Part shown: piece after piece, positions 1 to 9,689 of the stretch
How the letters are laid out: every line of letters begins with the position of its first letter
Position numbering within the stretch: position 1 is the stretch's first letter
Virus record (IMG/VR): IMGVR_UViG_3300035208_004923
Coordinates: 288,001 to 352,000 of that record
Length of the DNA: 64,000 nucleotides
Strand: one strand, 5' to 3'
Source of the DNA: a virus
Taxonomy: Duplodnaviria; Caudoviricetes
Notes under the pieces: model-generated
Told to the model about the DNA's origin: nothing
Seen by the model: only the letters and a program-made list of their open reading frames with translations
Database searches by the model: none
Translations under genes and position numbers: made by a program

Positions 1-495
1 GAATTGGGACGCCTTTTTTCGATGAATTTCAGTTATTGTATCAGCATCAACATCAATAACTTGATTTGTCATTTTGTAAAACAAATCACAAATTGCAGCC
101 ATTAATGGAACTTCCCAAAGAATTGTTCTGTACCAGTAACCGCTTATTGTTAAAATCAGATGACCTTCATCATCTTGGATAACTCCAACTTCAGATGGGT
201 CAAAACGATATACTTCAAGAAAATCAATAAATGCCATTGGCAAGAAAGGACATTTTTCAGCAAATTCCTTTTTACGTTGTTTCGACAATGTACGATTTCT
301 GAATCCGTCAATAACTCTACGAAGTTCAACGTCAAATCCTTTTGGATATACTGTGTTATTGCGATCATTGAAAGTGTATTTCACCTTTACATTAGGGAAA
401 CATTTCAAAACAGCCCAACACATCGTAAGTTTATACAAGTCAGTGAATAAAATTGATTCATAATTCGCTGGTTCAATAGATGGCGTGTATTTCAT
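1..495 (-). CDS. pncB: Nicotinate phosphoribosyltransferase, N-terminal part (runs off window start; absent from ORF track)
   Basis: Manual translation from ATG 495: MKYTPSIEPANYESILFTDLYKLTMCWAVLKCFPNVKVKYTFNDR...ISGYWYRTILWEVPLMAAICDLFY. TDLYKxTM and GxWxxTILWEVPL are PncB motifs; open to the window edge. Confidence 0.9.
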   Translation of the reverse strand, partial: MKYTPSIEPANYESILFTDLYKLTMCWAVLKCFPNVKVKYTFNDRNNTVYPKGFDVELRRVIDGFRNRTLSKQRKKEFAEKCPFLPMAFIDFLEVYRFDPSEVGVIQDDEGHLILTISGYWYRTILWEVPLMAAICDLFYKMTNQVIDVDADTITEIHRKKASQF

Positions 496-519
496 AATTT
501 ATTTTTTAGATTAATTTAA

Positions 520-560
520 TTAAAATCAAATATACAACATTTAATTATCAATAGCAATAG
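520..560 (-). promoter_or_regulatory. Class 1 (early, host-sigma type) promoter repeat
   Basis: Minus-strand consensus CTATTGCTATTGC-N7-ATGTTGTATATTTGATTTTAA; TATATTTG fits the Bacteroidota -7 TAnnTTTG with TTG about 20 nt upstream; precedes pncB. One of 16 copies. Confidence 0.85.
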
Positions 561-576
561 TATTTGCATTTATTTT

Positions 577-1227
577 TTATTTTTTATTTTTATAATCATT
601 AATTATTTTCCAATTATTTACAATTGCATCATTTTTAAGCATTTCATAATATACCCATTTCTTTATGTTAAGAAATTCAATTAATTTGTCACGCCCAAGA
701 ATACAGAGTTGTTCATTCGTTATTACGTTTTCAATAATGTAATATTTTTTATTTATATTTTGCAATGAAACCGCACGTTTTGCCAATATTTCGTCTGTTA
801 CATGTTTTGTGGCATCCCAAGCGTCTGCTAACGATTGTTTGTGTTCATCTGTTTTTTTAACATTTTTTAATTTATCGCGTATCTTATCTTTTGTTGATTC
901 TTTTAAATGAGTACCTAATCTTTTCAATCTTAGTTTTTCTCTAGTTTCGTCAGTAATACCTGAATATCCATCACCGCCGTACGATCTATTGTAACCAACC
1001 GTATGATTTGTTGAATCAAAAAATTTTATCCAATATTTTTCTTTTTCATTTAATTCATCAAACGACAATGCAGTATCTATAATATCTTTTACGAAATTGT
1101 GTTTTCCATATTTTCTTAAAGCATATTGTATTACAATGCCAGATCCTAAATACTTTGGATTATTATTTTTCGATTTACCTATGTAAATCTTGTTATTAAT
1201 AATGTTTGTAACTTTGTATATTATCAT
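577..1227 (-). CDS. GIY-YIG homing endonuclease (Seg-like)
   Basis: MIIYKVTNIINNKIYIGKS...YLGSG...ELNEKEKYWI...GYN; NUMOD3-like tail. Confidence 0.88.
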   Translation of the reverse strand: MIIYKVTNIINNKIYIGKSKNNNPKYLGSGIVIQYALRKYGKHNFVKDIIDTALSFDELNEKEKYWIKFFDSTNHTVGYNRSYGGDGYSGITDETREKLRLKRLGTHLKESTKDKIRDKLKNVKKTDEHKQSLADAWDATKHVTDEILAKRAVSLQNINKKYYIIENVITNEQLCILGRDKLIEFLNIKKWVYYEMLKNDAIVNNWKIINDYKNKK

Positions 1228-1240
1228 GAATACATTTATT

Positions 1241-1252
1241 TTATATATTCAT
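1241..1252 (-). promoter_or_regulatory. Class 3 (late-type) promoter motif (T)GAATATATAA(A), representative copy
   Basis: Same or near-identical motif 12-25 nt before the ATG at about 1241(-), 4762(-), 6241(-), 18101(-), 19478(-), 23901(+), 41241(-), 42016(-), 52947(+), 57018(-); several contain the T4 late consensus TATAAATA. Confidence 0.65.
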
Positions 1253-1311
1253 TCATATAAACAGATTTATATAAGTTAACCCAATTTAATCTCTCCGTCG
1301 TTTCAAAATTT

Positions 1312-1894
1312 TTAGTTTTTAATAGCTTCCCATAAATTTTGAATTAGAACAGGCAATCCTGTTATTGTAATGCCGCAAAGAATCACAAACATTGTGGTAT
1401 ATGCAGATTTATTACATATAGGATATATTCCAGACGTAGTTAATAATCCGCCAAAAATCACGAATATAACAAATGCAATTGCAAACATGAAACATATCAG
1501 TGTGAGGACATTTTTTTGTTTTTTATTCATAATTTAATTTTAAAGTTTAACAATTTTATATTTCTCCGCCTTTTTCAAAATTTCTTTTAGCTTTTATTGA
1601 AAGTTCTGTAAGTCTTTTCAATAAATCATCTTTAGGATATGATACATCATAACGTTTTCCACCTTTTTGCAATGAGAAAAAACATGGAGTATTTCCCCTA
1701 AATTGCCATTGCAATATTCCTACTCCTAAACTGTTTGCTCGATAATGATTTATACCCGTAATTGAACTTGAACACCAAACGAATCCGATATTATCTTCAT
1801 CATCGTGTGAATAAGTCATATGAAAAACTTTATTTAAGTGTTTTTCAAGAATCCTTTCAATTTGTTCCGCTGTTGCGTTTGATACTGATAACAT
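1312..1894 (-). other. Two hypothetical CDS: 1312-1530 (2 TM helices) and 1556-1894
   Basis: Tightly packed ORFs downstream of the class 1 promoter at 1916. Confidence 0.6.
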
Positions 1895-1915
1895 AATTTT
1901 TGTTTTATCAATTAA

Positions 1916-1956
1916 TTAAAATCAAATATACAACATTTTTCAAGCAATAGCAATAG
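1916..1956 (-). promoter_or_regulatory. Class 1 early promoter repeat
   Basis: ttaaaatcaaatatacaacat-N7-gcaatagcaatag on + strand. Confidence 0.85.
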
Positions 1957-2131
1957 AAATGCAAATTATTTTAAATTTTCAGCAAAAAAAGTATCATAAG
2001 AATCATAACGAATTAAATCAACAAATTTATTTTTCTTGTCAATTTTTGCATTTTGTTTTACGTTTTCGCATGGCTCTTCGTGTTCATCTTGTTTGTTATT
2101 TGCAAACAATTGAGGTACAACAATAACCATG

Positions 2132-2905
2132 TTATAAATCAGTACTTTTTGCAAATTTTATTCCTAACGATTTTGCTGCTTCCCATGTAGGGTCAGCAAT
2201 ATGTTCGAAACCTTGTACATTGCTCATGCAATCCTCAAGAATAACCAATTTTTTACGAACATCAGGATATTCAAAAAGTTGTTTTACCGTTTGTGCAACA
2301 CAATGTGATTTTGCCTCGCCTGTGATATAAATATTATCATATTTATTTAAAGAATTGATTAATTCCAAATTCCAATCTGTACTTGGAACGCCAGGTAATG
2401 CAACTTGTGCTTTAAAAATTCCGAAGAACTCTGTCAATATATGTTTACCTTTTAGAACTGTTGTGTATTCTTTACCGGTTCTTGACCATTCATTTATTGC
2501 TTCTTGCAATTCTGGAACGATTGATGCGCCATCAGAACCTGCAATACAATGTTCTGGCCAAATCAAATGAAGGTATTCACCAGATTGTTCTAATTCTTCA
2601 AGATATGTTTCAACAGTAACTGGTGCAATTGCTGGTACGTATTTACCTGCTTTTACATCAGCAAGTGTTATTGCTGTGAATACTGCTGGCTGATTACCGT
2701 TTTCATCTGTCCAAAATGATGGGTGAAAAATCGAAAATGGCTGATGCCAATCAAGTGATACGATAATGTTATCAATTGTTTCTGTATTTTTCTTAATGAA
2801 ATTTGAAATTCTTGTAATATCTTCAGGAGCACCGTTTACAAATAAACTTCCAGTTGGACTACAAAAATCTTTTTGCGGGTCAATGACAATGATGCAATTT
2901 CTCAT
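2132..2905 (-). CDS. pncA: Nicotinamidase (isochorismatase family)
   Basis: IIVIDPQKDFC..GSL.V.GA, SLDWH, WPEHCIAGSDGA, KG, GEAKSHCV. Confidence 0.88.
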   Translation of the reverse strand: MRNCIIVIDPQKDFCSPTGSLFVNGAPEDITRISNFIKKNTETIDNIIVSLDWHQPFSIFHPSFWTDENGNQPAVFTAITLADVKAGKYVPAIAPVTVETYLEELEQSGEYLHLIWPEHCIAGSDGASIVPELQEAINEWSRTGKEYTTVLKGKHILTEFFGIFKAQVALPGVPSTDWNLELINSLNKYDNIYITGEAKSHCVAQTVKQLFEYPDVRKKLVILEDCMSNVQGFEHIADPTWEAAKSLGIKFAKSTDL

Positions 2906-2908
2906 GAT

Positions 2909-3250
2909 TTATTTTTTAAATTTATAATTGAATTTTCGTGTTTGATTTTCCATAGCTTCCCATGTATCGTAAGCAGAATCGCGTTCCTTTATTTCTGCTG
3001 CTGTTAATTCTCTAACAATAAGTTCGCCTTTTCCGTTTAATGGATTTGCGTAATAACTATATCGTCCAGGTATATCGGAAAAATTAATAAAAGCATATCC
3101 TGTATCTTTTGACGTTGAATGTTCAACGCGATACCAATCAAGTTTCGGCTCGCAAATAAAGAACATTGTTGTTCTTTTATATTTCATAAGATAACTTTTG
3201 CCAAATTCAAAAGTGTATTTATTATCGTATGATTTTAATTTTTCTGCCAT
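2909..3250 (-). CDS. Hypothetical protein
   Basis: ORF packed between NUDIX and pncA. Confidence 0.6.
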   Translation of the reverse strand: MAEKLKSYDNKYTFEFGKSYLMKYKRTTMFFICEPKLDWYRVEHSTSKDTGYAFINFSDIPGRYSYYANPLNGKGELIVRELTAAEIKERDSAYDTWEAMENQTRKFNYKFKK

Positions 3251-3729
3251 TATATTAAGTTTTTCGATTTGAACAATTCTTTTAAAGATTCAAGATAGCA
3301 CTCTTGCGATATCATAATCATTTCTTTTGCTTCATCAAGCGAAAACATTCCAGGTTTTTCAACCTCTGGAAATTCTTGAAACTTTCCAGATTTTGGTGGC
3401 CATTCCATGGAAAACATATTCGATTTAATTACACCATTAAATTTTGAACGGAATGCCCATGCATATACCAATTTTCCTGAACCGTATTTTGCGTACGGTA
3501 TTTCGTCAAATGGCCCTATTGCACGAATTCCTGTTTCTTCTTCAAATTCGCGAATTGCACATGTAAGTAAATTTTCGCCTTGTTCAACGTGGCCTTTTGG
3601 GATTCCATAACATTTTTTATGTTTGTTCCAGAAATATGGCCCGCCTGCTTTAACAAGTAAAATTTTAGGAACTCCATCAATGATGTCCCATAAAACAAGT
3701 CCTGCTGATACTTCTGTTGACTTCCCCAT
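3250..3729 (-). CDS. NUDIX hydrolase
   Basis: Nudix box GHVEQGENLLTCAIREFEEETG; MEWPPKSG..QEFPEV subfamily signature. Confidence 0.9.
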   Translation of the reverse strand: MGKSTEVSAGLVLWDIIDGVPKILLVKAGGPYFWNKHKKCYGIPKGHVEQGENLLTCAIREFEEETGIRAIGPFDEIPYAKYGSGKLVYAWAFRSKFNGVIKSNMFSMEWPPKSGKFQEFPEVEKPGMFSLDEAKEMIMISQECYLESLKELFKSKNLI

Positions 3730-3749
3730 GATATAAATTATTTGTATAT

Positions 3750-3775
3750 TATATACATTATATTAAATTAGTTTT
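3750..3775 (-). promoter_or_regulatory. Class 2 promoter AAAC-N14-GTATA (putative phage-sigma/middle), representative copy
   Basis: Exactly 14-nt spacer in 12 minus-strand copies at about 3750, 4815, 10777, 11470, 13049, 15301, 23866, 31304, 38884, 42874, 50487, 58826, each shortly upstream of a start codon. Confidence 0.8.
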
Positions 3776-3794
3776 ATTTTGTTTTATCAATTGT

Positions 3795-3833
3795 TTAAAA
3801 TCAAATATACAACATTAATGAAGCAATAGCAAA
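3795..3833 (-). promoter_or_regulatory. Class 1 early promoter repeat
   Basis: Consensus match; in tandem with a class 2 promoter upstream of NUDIX-pncA. Confidence 0.85.
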
Positions 3834-3838
3834 TTTTT

Positions 3839-4750
3839 CTAATATTTTTTTGCTATATGTATCAATTCGCCAGATATATATCTAGGATCTGTTTTTAAAA
3901 CTCTAAAACATTTTCCTGTTTTTACATCCCGTACAGGAACAGTATCTGTGTTTTTATTTTTAGACCAATGTTGTAATTTGCCAGATGTATACCGTGGGTC
4001 ATCAATTGAAATTCTTATATTATTACCATTTTCATCAATAACACCTACTGTATTTTTTAATTTTTTTGAAACTGCTGCGTTTTTATGCCCGACCGATATA
4101 TGTTTTAATTCACCATTAACATATCGTGGATCGTCGACTGAAACCCTAAATGTATTTCCATTTATGTCGAATACTGTTACGAATCCTACAGAAGCAGCTA
4201 TTAATTCTCCACTAGTATATCGTGTATCATTAGTTGATACATTTATACATGTACCGTTACGTAATCTAACAGTTATTTTTCCTTTATTATCTAAAGCAGG
4301 AATCAATTTTCCTGCTTTATAATCCGGCGTTTCAACAGATGTTCTAAAACAGTTACCGTTTGCATCCTTAACAGTTATCATACCTTTATTATATGCAGTC
4401 AATTCTCCACTAACATATCTAGGATCATTTGTTGACACGCGTATTAATTTTTCGTCATCCTTAACTATCACGGTATTGCATGTATGAAAACCAATGTTTG
4501 GGATGTTATAGTTTTCATTTTTTTCATCATCAATGAACTTTGTTATTTCTTCTGCTTCAAATTTAATTGCATCTTCTCTGCAAATAAAGTCATCTTTGAT
4601 TATTTCTTTTATCAATTTTGATTTGTCAGGCTTCCACGTACACATTGAACCTAAGTAAGAATCTGATGATGGTAGGATTTTACAACTGCGTACGCCAATA
4701 TAAAATTGTCCTGTTTCTGTATGGGTTACTTTATAAACATAATGATACAT
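3839..4750 (-). CDS. GIY-YIG endonuclease with six ~33-aa DPRYxSGEL repeats
   Basis: YHYVYKVTHTETGQFYIGVR...YLGS; repeated VxVxDxxGxxxRVSxDDPRYxSGEL units. Confidence 0.85.
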   Translation of the reverse strand: MYHYVYKVTHTETGQFYIGVRSCKILPSSDSYLGSMCTWKPDKSKLIKEIIKDDFICREDAIKFEAEEITKFIDDEKNENYNIPNIGFHTCNTVIVKDDEKLIRVSTNDPRYVSGELTAYNKGMITVKDANGNCFRTSVETPDYKAGKLIPALDNKGKITVRLRNGTCINVSTNDTRYTSGELIAASVGFVTVFDINGNTFRVSVDDPRYVNGELKHISVGHKNAAVSKKLKNTVGVIDENGNNIRISIDDPRYTSGKLQHWSKNKNTDTVPVRDVKTGKCFRVLKTDPRYISGELIHIAKKY

Positions 4751-4898
4751 ATAACTTTTAATTTATATATTCTTTATATTTCGGTTGATTTTCCCATTTA
4801 TTTTTATTTATAATTTATATACATTAATATGCTGTAGTTTTCATTTAAATGAATATCTATGAACTTTTATTGCATCGACAATTGCAACTACAACAAAA

Positions 4899-5447
4899 TT
4901 AATATGTATTTAATGAATCAAGTTCTCTCCACATTTCTGGATATAAATCTCGTGTTTTTAATGATGCTCTGAAGATAATGTATTCCTCAGTATATGTTTT
5001 GTACTTTCTAGCACTTTCTTTATCAACACCAGATTTTGAATATCCTGTGTTGAATATTCTATCACAAAGTTTAACAAAAATTGCTTTATCGCATGGCCAG
5101 ATTTTTGGGTATGTTTTAAAATTCTTTTCTTTTCGAGTCCAACCGAATTCATTTGTTACTCGGTAAACAATCCATGCAACTTCTTTGTTGAACATTTTTT
5201 GCAATTTTGATGGTGTGATATCAGTATCTTCACAAATATCATGCGCGTAGCAGGCAGCAATAACATTTTCTCTGTCCGCTTCTGGCACCAAGTGAATATA
5301 ACGGAGTGCAACTTCGACAACCCCATTCAAGTGAAATGAATATGGTGCTGTTCCGTATCTTTGCGGCTCTGGTGCGTCATGTTTTTTAATTGCAAATTCT
5401 TTAACGTTATTTATCAATTTTGATTTTTCAATATTAAATGTTTCCAT
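4899..5447 (-). CDS. HD-domain (p)ppGpp hydrolase-like protein (small alarmone hydrolase/Mesh1-like)
   Basis: QRYGTAPYSFHL, AACYAHDICEDT, VKLCDRIFN; start moved to ATG 5447. Confidence 0.8.
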   Translation of the reverse strand: METFNIEKSKLINNVKEFAIKKHDAPEPQRYGTAPYSFHLNGVVEVALRYIHLVPEADRENVIAACYAHDICEDTDITPSKLQKMFNKEVAWIVYRVTNEFGWTRKEKNFKTYPKIWPCDKAIFVKLCDRIFNTGYSKSGVDKESARKYKTYTEEYIIFRASLKTRDLYPEMWRELDSLNTY

Positions 5448-5468
5448 AATTTTAATTTTTATCAATTG

Positions 5469-5506
5469 TTAAAATCAAATATACAACATTAATGAAGCAA
5501 TAGCAA
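5469..5506 (-). promoter_or_regulatory. Class 1 early promoter repeat
   Basis: Consensus match, nearly identical to the copy at 3795. Confidence 0.85.
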
Positions 5507-5514
5507 ATTTTTTA

Positions 5515-6228
5515 CTAATTATTTTTAAATTTCCATTTATATCCATTTGCAGTTTTGCGATTTCCTCTGCATACAGATGAAATCATTTTTTCATTGTATC
5601 CTGCTTCTTTTAATGCTATATAGTCAGGCCATTCTGCTATAAATTCATTTGTTAATGAAAATTGCAATATTATAATGTTTTTATATCTTGAATTTTTTCG
5701 TCCTTTTGCTCTATTACTGTAAAGTTCACGAATTTCTGCTGTAAATCTTTCTTTATGCGATAATGATTGTTTTTCTTTTGCAGATTGTAATTTTTCGTTA
5801 GCAATAGTATTTCCATATTTTTCAACCCAAATATCATATGCACATTTGCCATACATCGGATTATTTTTACCATTTACGTCATGATGATTTTCTGATATTT
5901 TTTGTTTATGTTCATCTGTAAATTTGCGGTTTTTATCAATTAATGGATTATTTGCGTATGTATCCCCGCCTTCTCCACCAACAGTTATATTATATCCGAT
6001 TATTCTGCTTGTTGAATTATAAATATTTATCCAATATATTTCCTTTTCGCATAATTCTTTATTTGTATCTGCAGTATCTATAATTTCCTTTTTAAAATTT
6101 GATTTGCCATACTTAATGATGGCAAATCTTAATAATTTGCCAGAGCCAATGTACTTTGGATTATTTCGACAATCTTTTCCTATATAAATTTTGCCATTTA
6201 TAAGATTTGTAGTTTTGTAAATTACCAT
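5515..6228 (-). CDS. GIY-YIG homing endonuclease with NUMOD/HTH tail
   Basis: VIYKTTNLINGKIYIG, GYNITVGGEGG, GKNNPMYGK, ISSVCRGNRKTANGYKWKF. Confidence 0.88.
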   Translation of the reverse strand: MVIYKTTNLINGKIYIGKDCRNNPKYIGSGKLLRFAIIKYGKSNFKKEIIDTADTNKELCEKEIYWINIYNSTSRIIGYNITVGGEGGDTYANNPLIDKNRKFTDEHKQKISENHHDVNGKNNPMYGKCAYDIWVEKYGNTIANEKLQSAKEKQSLSHKERFTAEIRELYSNRAKGRKNSRYKNIIILQFSLTNEFIAEWPDYIALKEAGYNEKMISSVCRGNRKTANGYKWKFKNN

Positions 6229-6271
6229 AATAAATTTTTATTTATATATTCATTATGTTACTTCACAAATA

Positions 6272-9227
6272 TCATGAATATTTATTTTTAATAAAATGTC
6301 CACAATCTTTGCATTCTTTAAATGATGTATGTAAAACAATGCAGCAATTATTAGGAAATCTTTCTAAACGACAAGCAGGATTCTTTTTATCAACTTTTAT
6401 TGCTTCTTGCTTTTTGTACGATTGTACAATCTGCAATGCTTTTAAGTATTCATCTTCTGTTATCATAATACATTTAGATTAAGTTCTTGTAAAATTTTGT
6501 GTCCATCTTCTGGATAAAGATACATGAACAAAAATACATCACGATTGATTCCTTTATCGTCTGTTACGCCAATTGTGCAACCGCCTATTTCAAAACAATC
6601 GTACAGTTTTTCAGCGCCTGCAAATGTAGGAAATCCACTATTTCTATGTATGAATACCCAATGCATTCGATTTTGTTTGAAAATTTCTAAGCATTCGTCA
6701 AACGATATGTCATATGGAGTACGGCGATAATTATCATCTTTAATATCTATGAAAATTTGAAATGATTTCTCATGACATTGTTTCATAACCTCAATAGGGT
6801 CGTGATTTCCTAATTTGTAAAATGTATCTTTCATATTTTAAATTCCCCAGTAATATGCAATATCTTTAACAGTTACATTATCAGAATCATCAAAATGGTC
6901 AGGTATAATTGTTTCCTTTACGTACGTATCAATATGATCCCATACACGTTTAGGTAAAATGTAATTAATTGTAAAAGCTTCATTAACGCAATTCAATTCG
7001 ATTAAATCATTTGTAAAACCATGTTTATCAGGTTTGGCATCTTTATTAAAAATTTCATTGTATTGATTTATGTTTTTTTCTTTAACTTTATCTATTTCAT
7101 ATTTTATGCCATTTGGTTTATTGTATAAAGTTTCAAAATTACGTTTTCTGAAATAAATAATTCCGCCTTCTGTAACTGTACTTTCAACGCAATTTGTTAT
7201 GAAAGAATTTTGTAACTGTCCGTATATAAATTCAACAGCTGCATCTTCAACTGATTGCATTTCGCCAACAATTTCAAGTATGCAATCTTTTAACACATCA
7301 ATATCATAATCAATTTCGCAGAATTCTAAACTTTCTTTATACTTGATATTCTTTTTGCCTATATGAATTCCTTTTGAATCAATAGACCATTTAAAATCTT
7401 TATTTATTTTTGATATTGTCTGTAAAATGATAATAACATCTTCCATTGTTGGCATATCGTCATTATTAATTACAGTATCATAAAAATATTCTCTAATGAT
7501 TGCAAATTTATCTTTTTCCATAATTTGTGTATTAATTAATTAAAATCAAATATACAACATTTATGAAGCAATAGCAATAGAATGTGAAATTCTTTGTATC
7601 ATATAATATCCATTTCCTAAATATTCATCTTTCAATATGTTGCGATTTGAATCGTCAATTTCAGTCGTAATAAAAACTAAGTTTTTTCTTTCGCTATCTG
7701 TGTATCTTTGTCGAATTTTACAATGTCCATCACCTGATGGGCAACAAGAATCTTTTGAAAAATCAACATAAACAACATTGCCAAAAAAGTCGGGATATTT
7801 TTCTGCTGTTATTTTTGTGAGATACTTATGTGCGCCTGCGGATTCGTCCCATATACGAATGTTATCTTTATTTTCTTTTGAATTGCTTATATATGGGAAA
7901 TTACTTCTCCATGTTGTTAATTGTGCATCGGGATAAATTATTCCGTCGATGTATCGAATAGCGCATGAATTTTTTTGCAACACACATGACTCATGTAATG
8001 TTCGATGTTTACTTATATCTTCAATGCCAGGATTTGGAAAATTGTAATGAACAAGTTCAAATTTCTTTGTTAATAATGTTTCACACAGTTTCACAAAATA
8101 TGGGTCAGAATAATGAATTGAATGGTCGCCTTCATATGATCTTCCGTTTATGTTATAAACTGATATGATAGTATCTTTTACATATATTGATGCAATGTTA
8201 TCTGGATTTGCATGTCCAGATGAATCAATTCTAAAAGATATATGTCGAACAAATCTTTTCTTTCCGTTTATTATTTGCCATCCAAAAAATTTTGCAATTT
8301 CTGGATGCAATACGTTTTCTTGTGTGGGATTGCCATGATAATTTGGCGTATAATGCCAACGATCATAAAACATTGGTGTATTGCATTCATCGAGCGAATT
8401 AATAAAATCATGTGGTGCCCAAATGGAATTGCAAAGTATTCCATTTATTTTAGGCATTGAATCATAATTAAAATACGCCGTATATTTGCAACACCCATTT
8501 GATGTTGTTATATGTTCATCAAGAAATTTTACGCTATTCATAATTAATCAATAAAGTTTTGGTCAATATCGTATTCTTTTGCAAATTCAATTGCATGTGC
8601 CATTTGACGATCTATTCGTATTTTTTTCTGTTTTGATATTTCATTATTAGCAGCGTCAAGTTTTTGTAATCTGCGTTTATTACGAATAAATGCTTTTTTG
8701 TATAACGATTCTAAGCATTTTCTAATAAGCGGATATAAAACAGAAAAATCATAGTCGTCATTTGTTATTGAGCATCTTTGTAAATTACTTATTTTTGCAA
8801 TTGATTGACTTTCATATGATGCATCATCAATTTTTGACGGTATGTAAACATTTATAGGGTCACAAAAATTATCATTACGTAAATGTATTGCACATAAGAT
8901 ATTTCCGTTATATGTAAATGTATATGTATTGCAATATGAAGATAAATGACTGTTTCTACATTTCAACGAGTTACTTAAGTTAATCCAATGCAATTGTCGT
9001 TTACAAATTTTGCCATAATCATAATCCTGTGTTGACATATATTCCATATATGTATGTTCGTCAATCATTTCAGCAGAATTTTCTAATATCATATCAATGC
9101 TGTTAGAATTTGCAAACGTCTTAAGAAACATTCCTAATTTTTGCTTATCAGTCAATAAGGGTGCGGGCGGCGTTGGTATTCTAATGTCACCCAATCGTGT
9201 TTTTTTGCCAAAAATACAACTTAACAT
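6272..9227 (-). other. Run of hypothetical CDS: 6272-6466, 6463-6834, 6838-7521, 7561-8541, 8544-9227
   Basis: Abutting co-oriented ORFs, no recognised motifs. Confidence 0.6.
7540..7580 (-). promoter_or_regulatory. Class 1 early promoter repeat
   Basis: Consensus match; overlaps the last codons (SIAIAS*) of ORF 7561-8541. Confidence 0.85.
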
Positions 9228-9229
9228 AA

Positions 9230-9688
9230 TTATCGAATTAAAAAGATTGAACCAAAGTGCGTTGATTTTGTATACCCATTATTTACACCTAAATAAAAAC
9301 CACCTGTGTAATTTGATTTATCAAAATGAACTTCGGTAATTTTCCAAATATAAACATCGGATTTTAACAAAACTCCATTATACATTCCGTCCCATGATTC
9401 TGCAGGATTGCCATTAATCAATTTATCAGAATACCAAACAAGGTTTCCTTTTGAATCAAAAATGTGAATTTCGTATTCAACAAGATTTGTACCTACAGGT
9501 TTAAAAACGCGTATTCCAACGGGTGCGGATTCAGGCGCAAACGCATTAGGAACGAATAAAGTTTTCTCAACATAATCGGAATTATATGTCGAATCAATTT
9601 TTCTTAATTCTGATTCGTATGTAGAATCAAGTTGTGCACTTGCAAATAATGTTGCAAATAAAAGCCATGTTAAAATTAAGTATTTCAT
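9230..9688 (-). CDS. Signal peptide plus stand-alone T9SS type B (gliding-motility-associated, CHU_C-like) C-terminal domain
   Basis: MKYLILTWLLFATLFASAQ; LFVPNAFAP...FKPVG...IHIFDSKGNLVW...WDGMYNG...DVYIWKI...GSIFLIR. Confidence 0.82.
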   Translation of the reverse strand: MKYLILTWLLFATLFASAQLDSTYESELRKIDSTYNSDYVEKTLFVPNAFAPESAPVGIRVFKPVGTNLVEYEIHIFDSKGNLVWYSDKLINGNPAESWDGMYNGVLLKSDVYIWKITEVHFDKSNYTGGFYLGVNNGYTKSTHFGSIFLIR

Positions 9689-9689
9689 A

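Noticed and set aside
5448-5465. ORF-track starts such as MIKIKI/MIKTKY/MIKQIA/MINKF as a shared N-terminal peptide (also 21035, 22139, 32541, 51886)
   Set aside because: Artefact of the TTGATAAAA tail of the class 1 promoter read as a TTG start; true ATGs lie 15-24 nt downstream.
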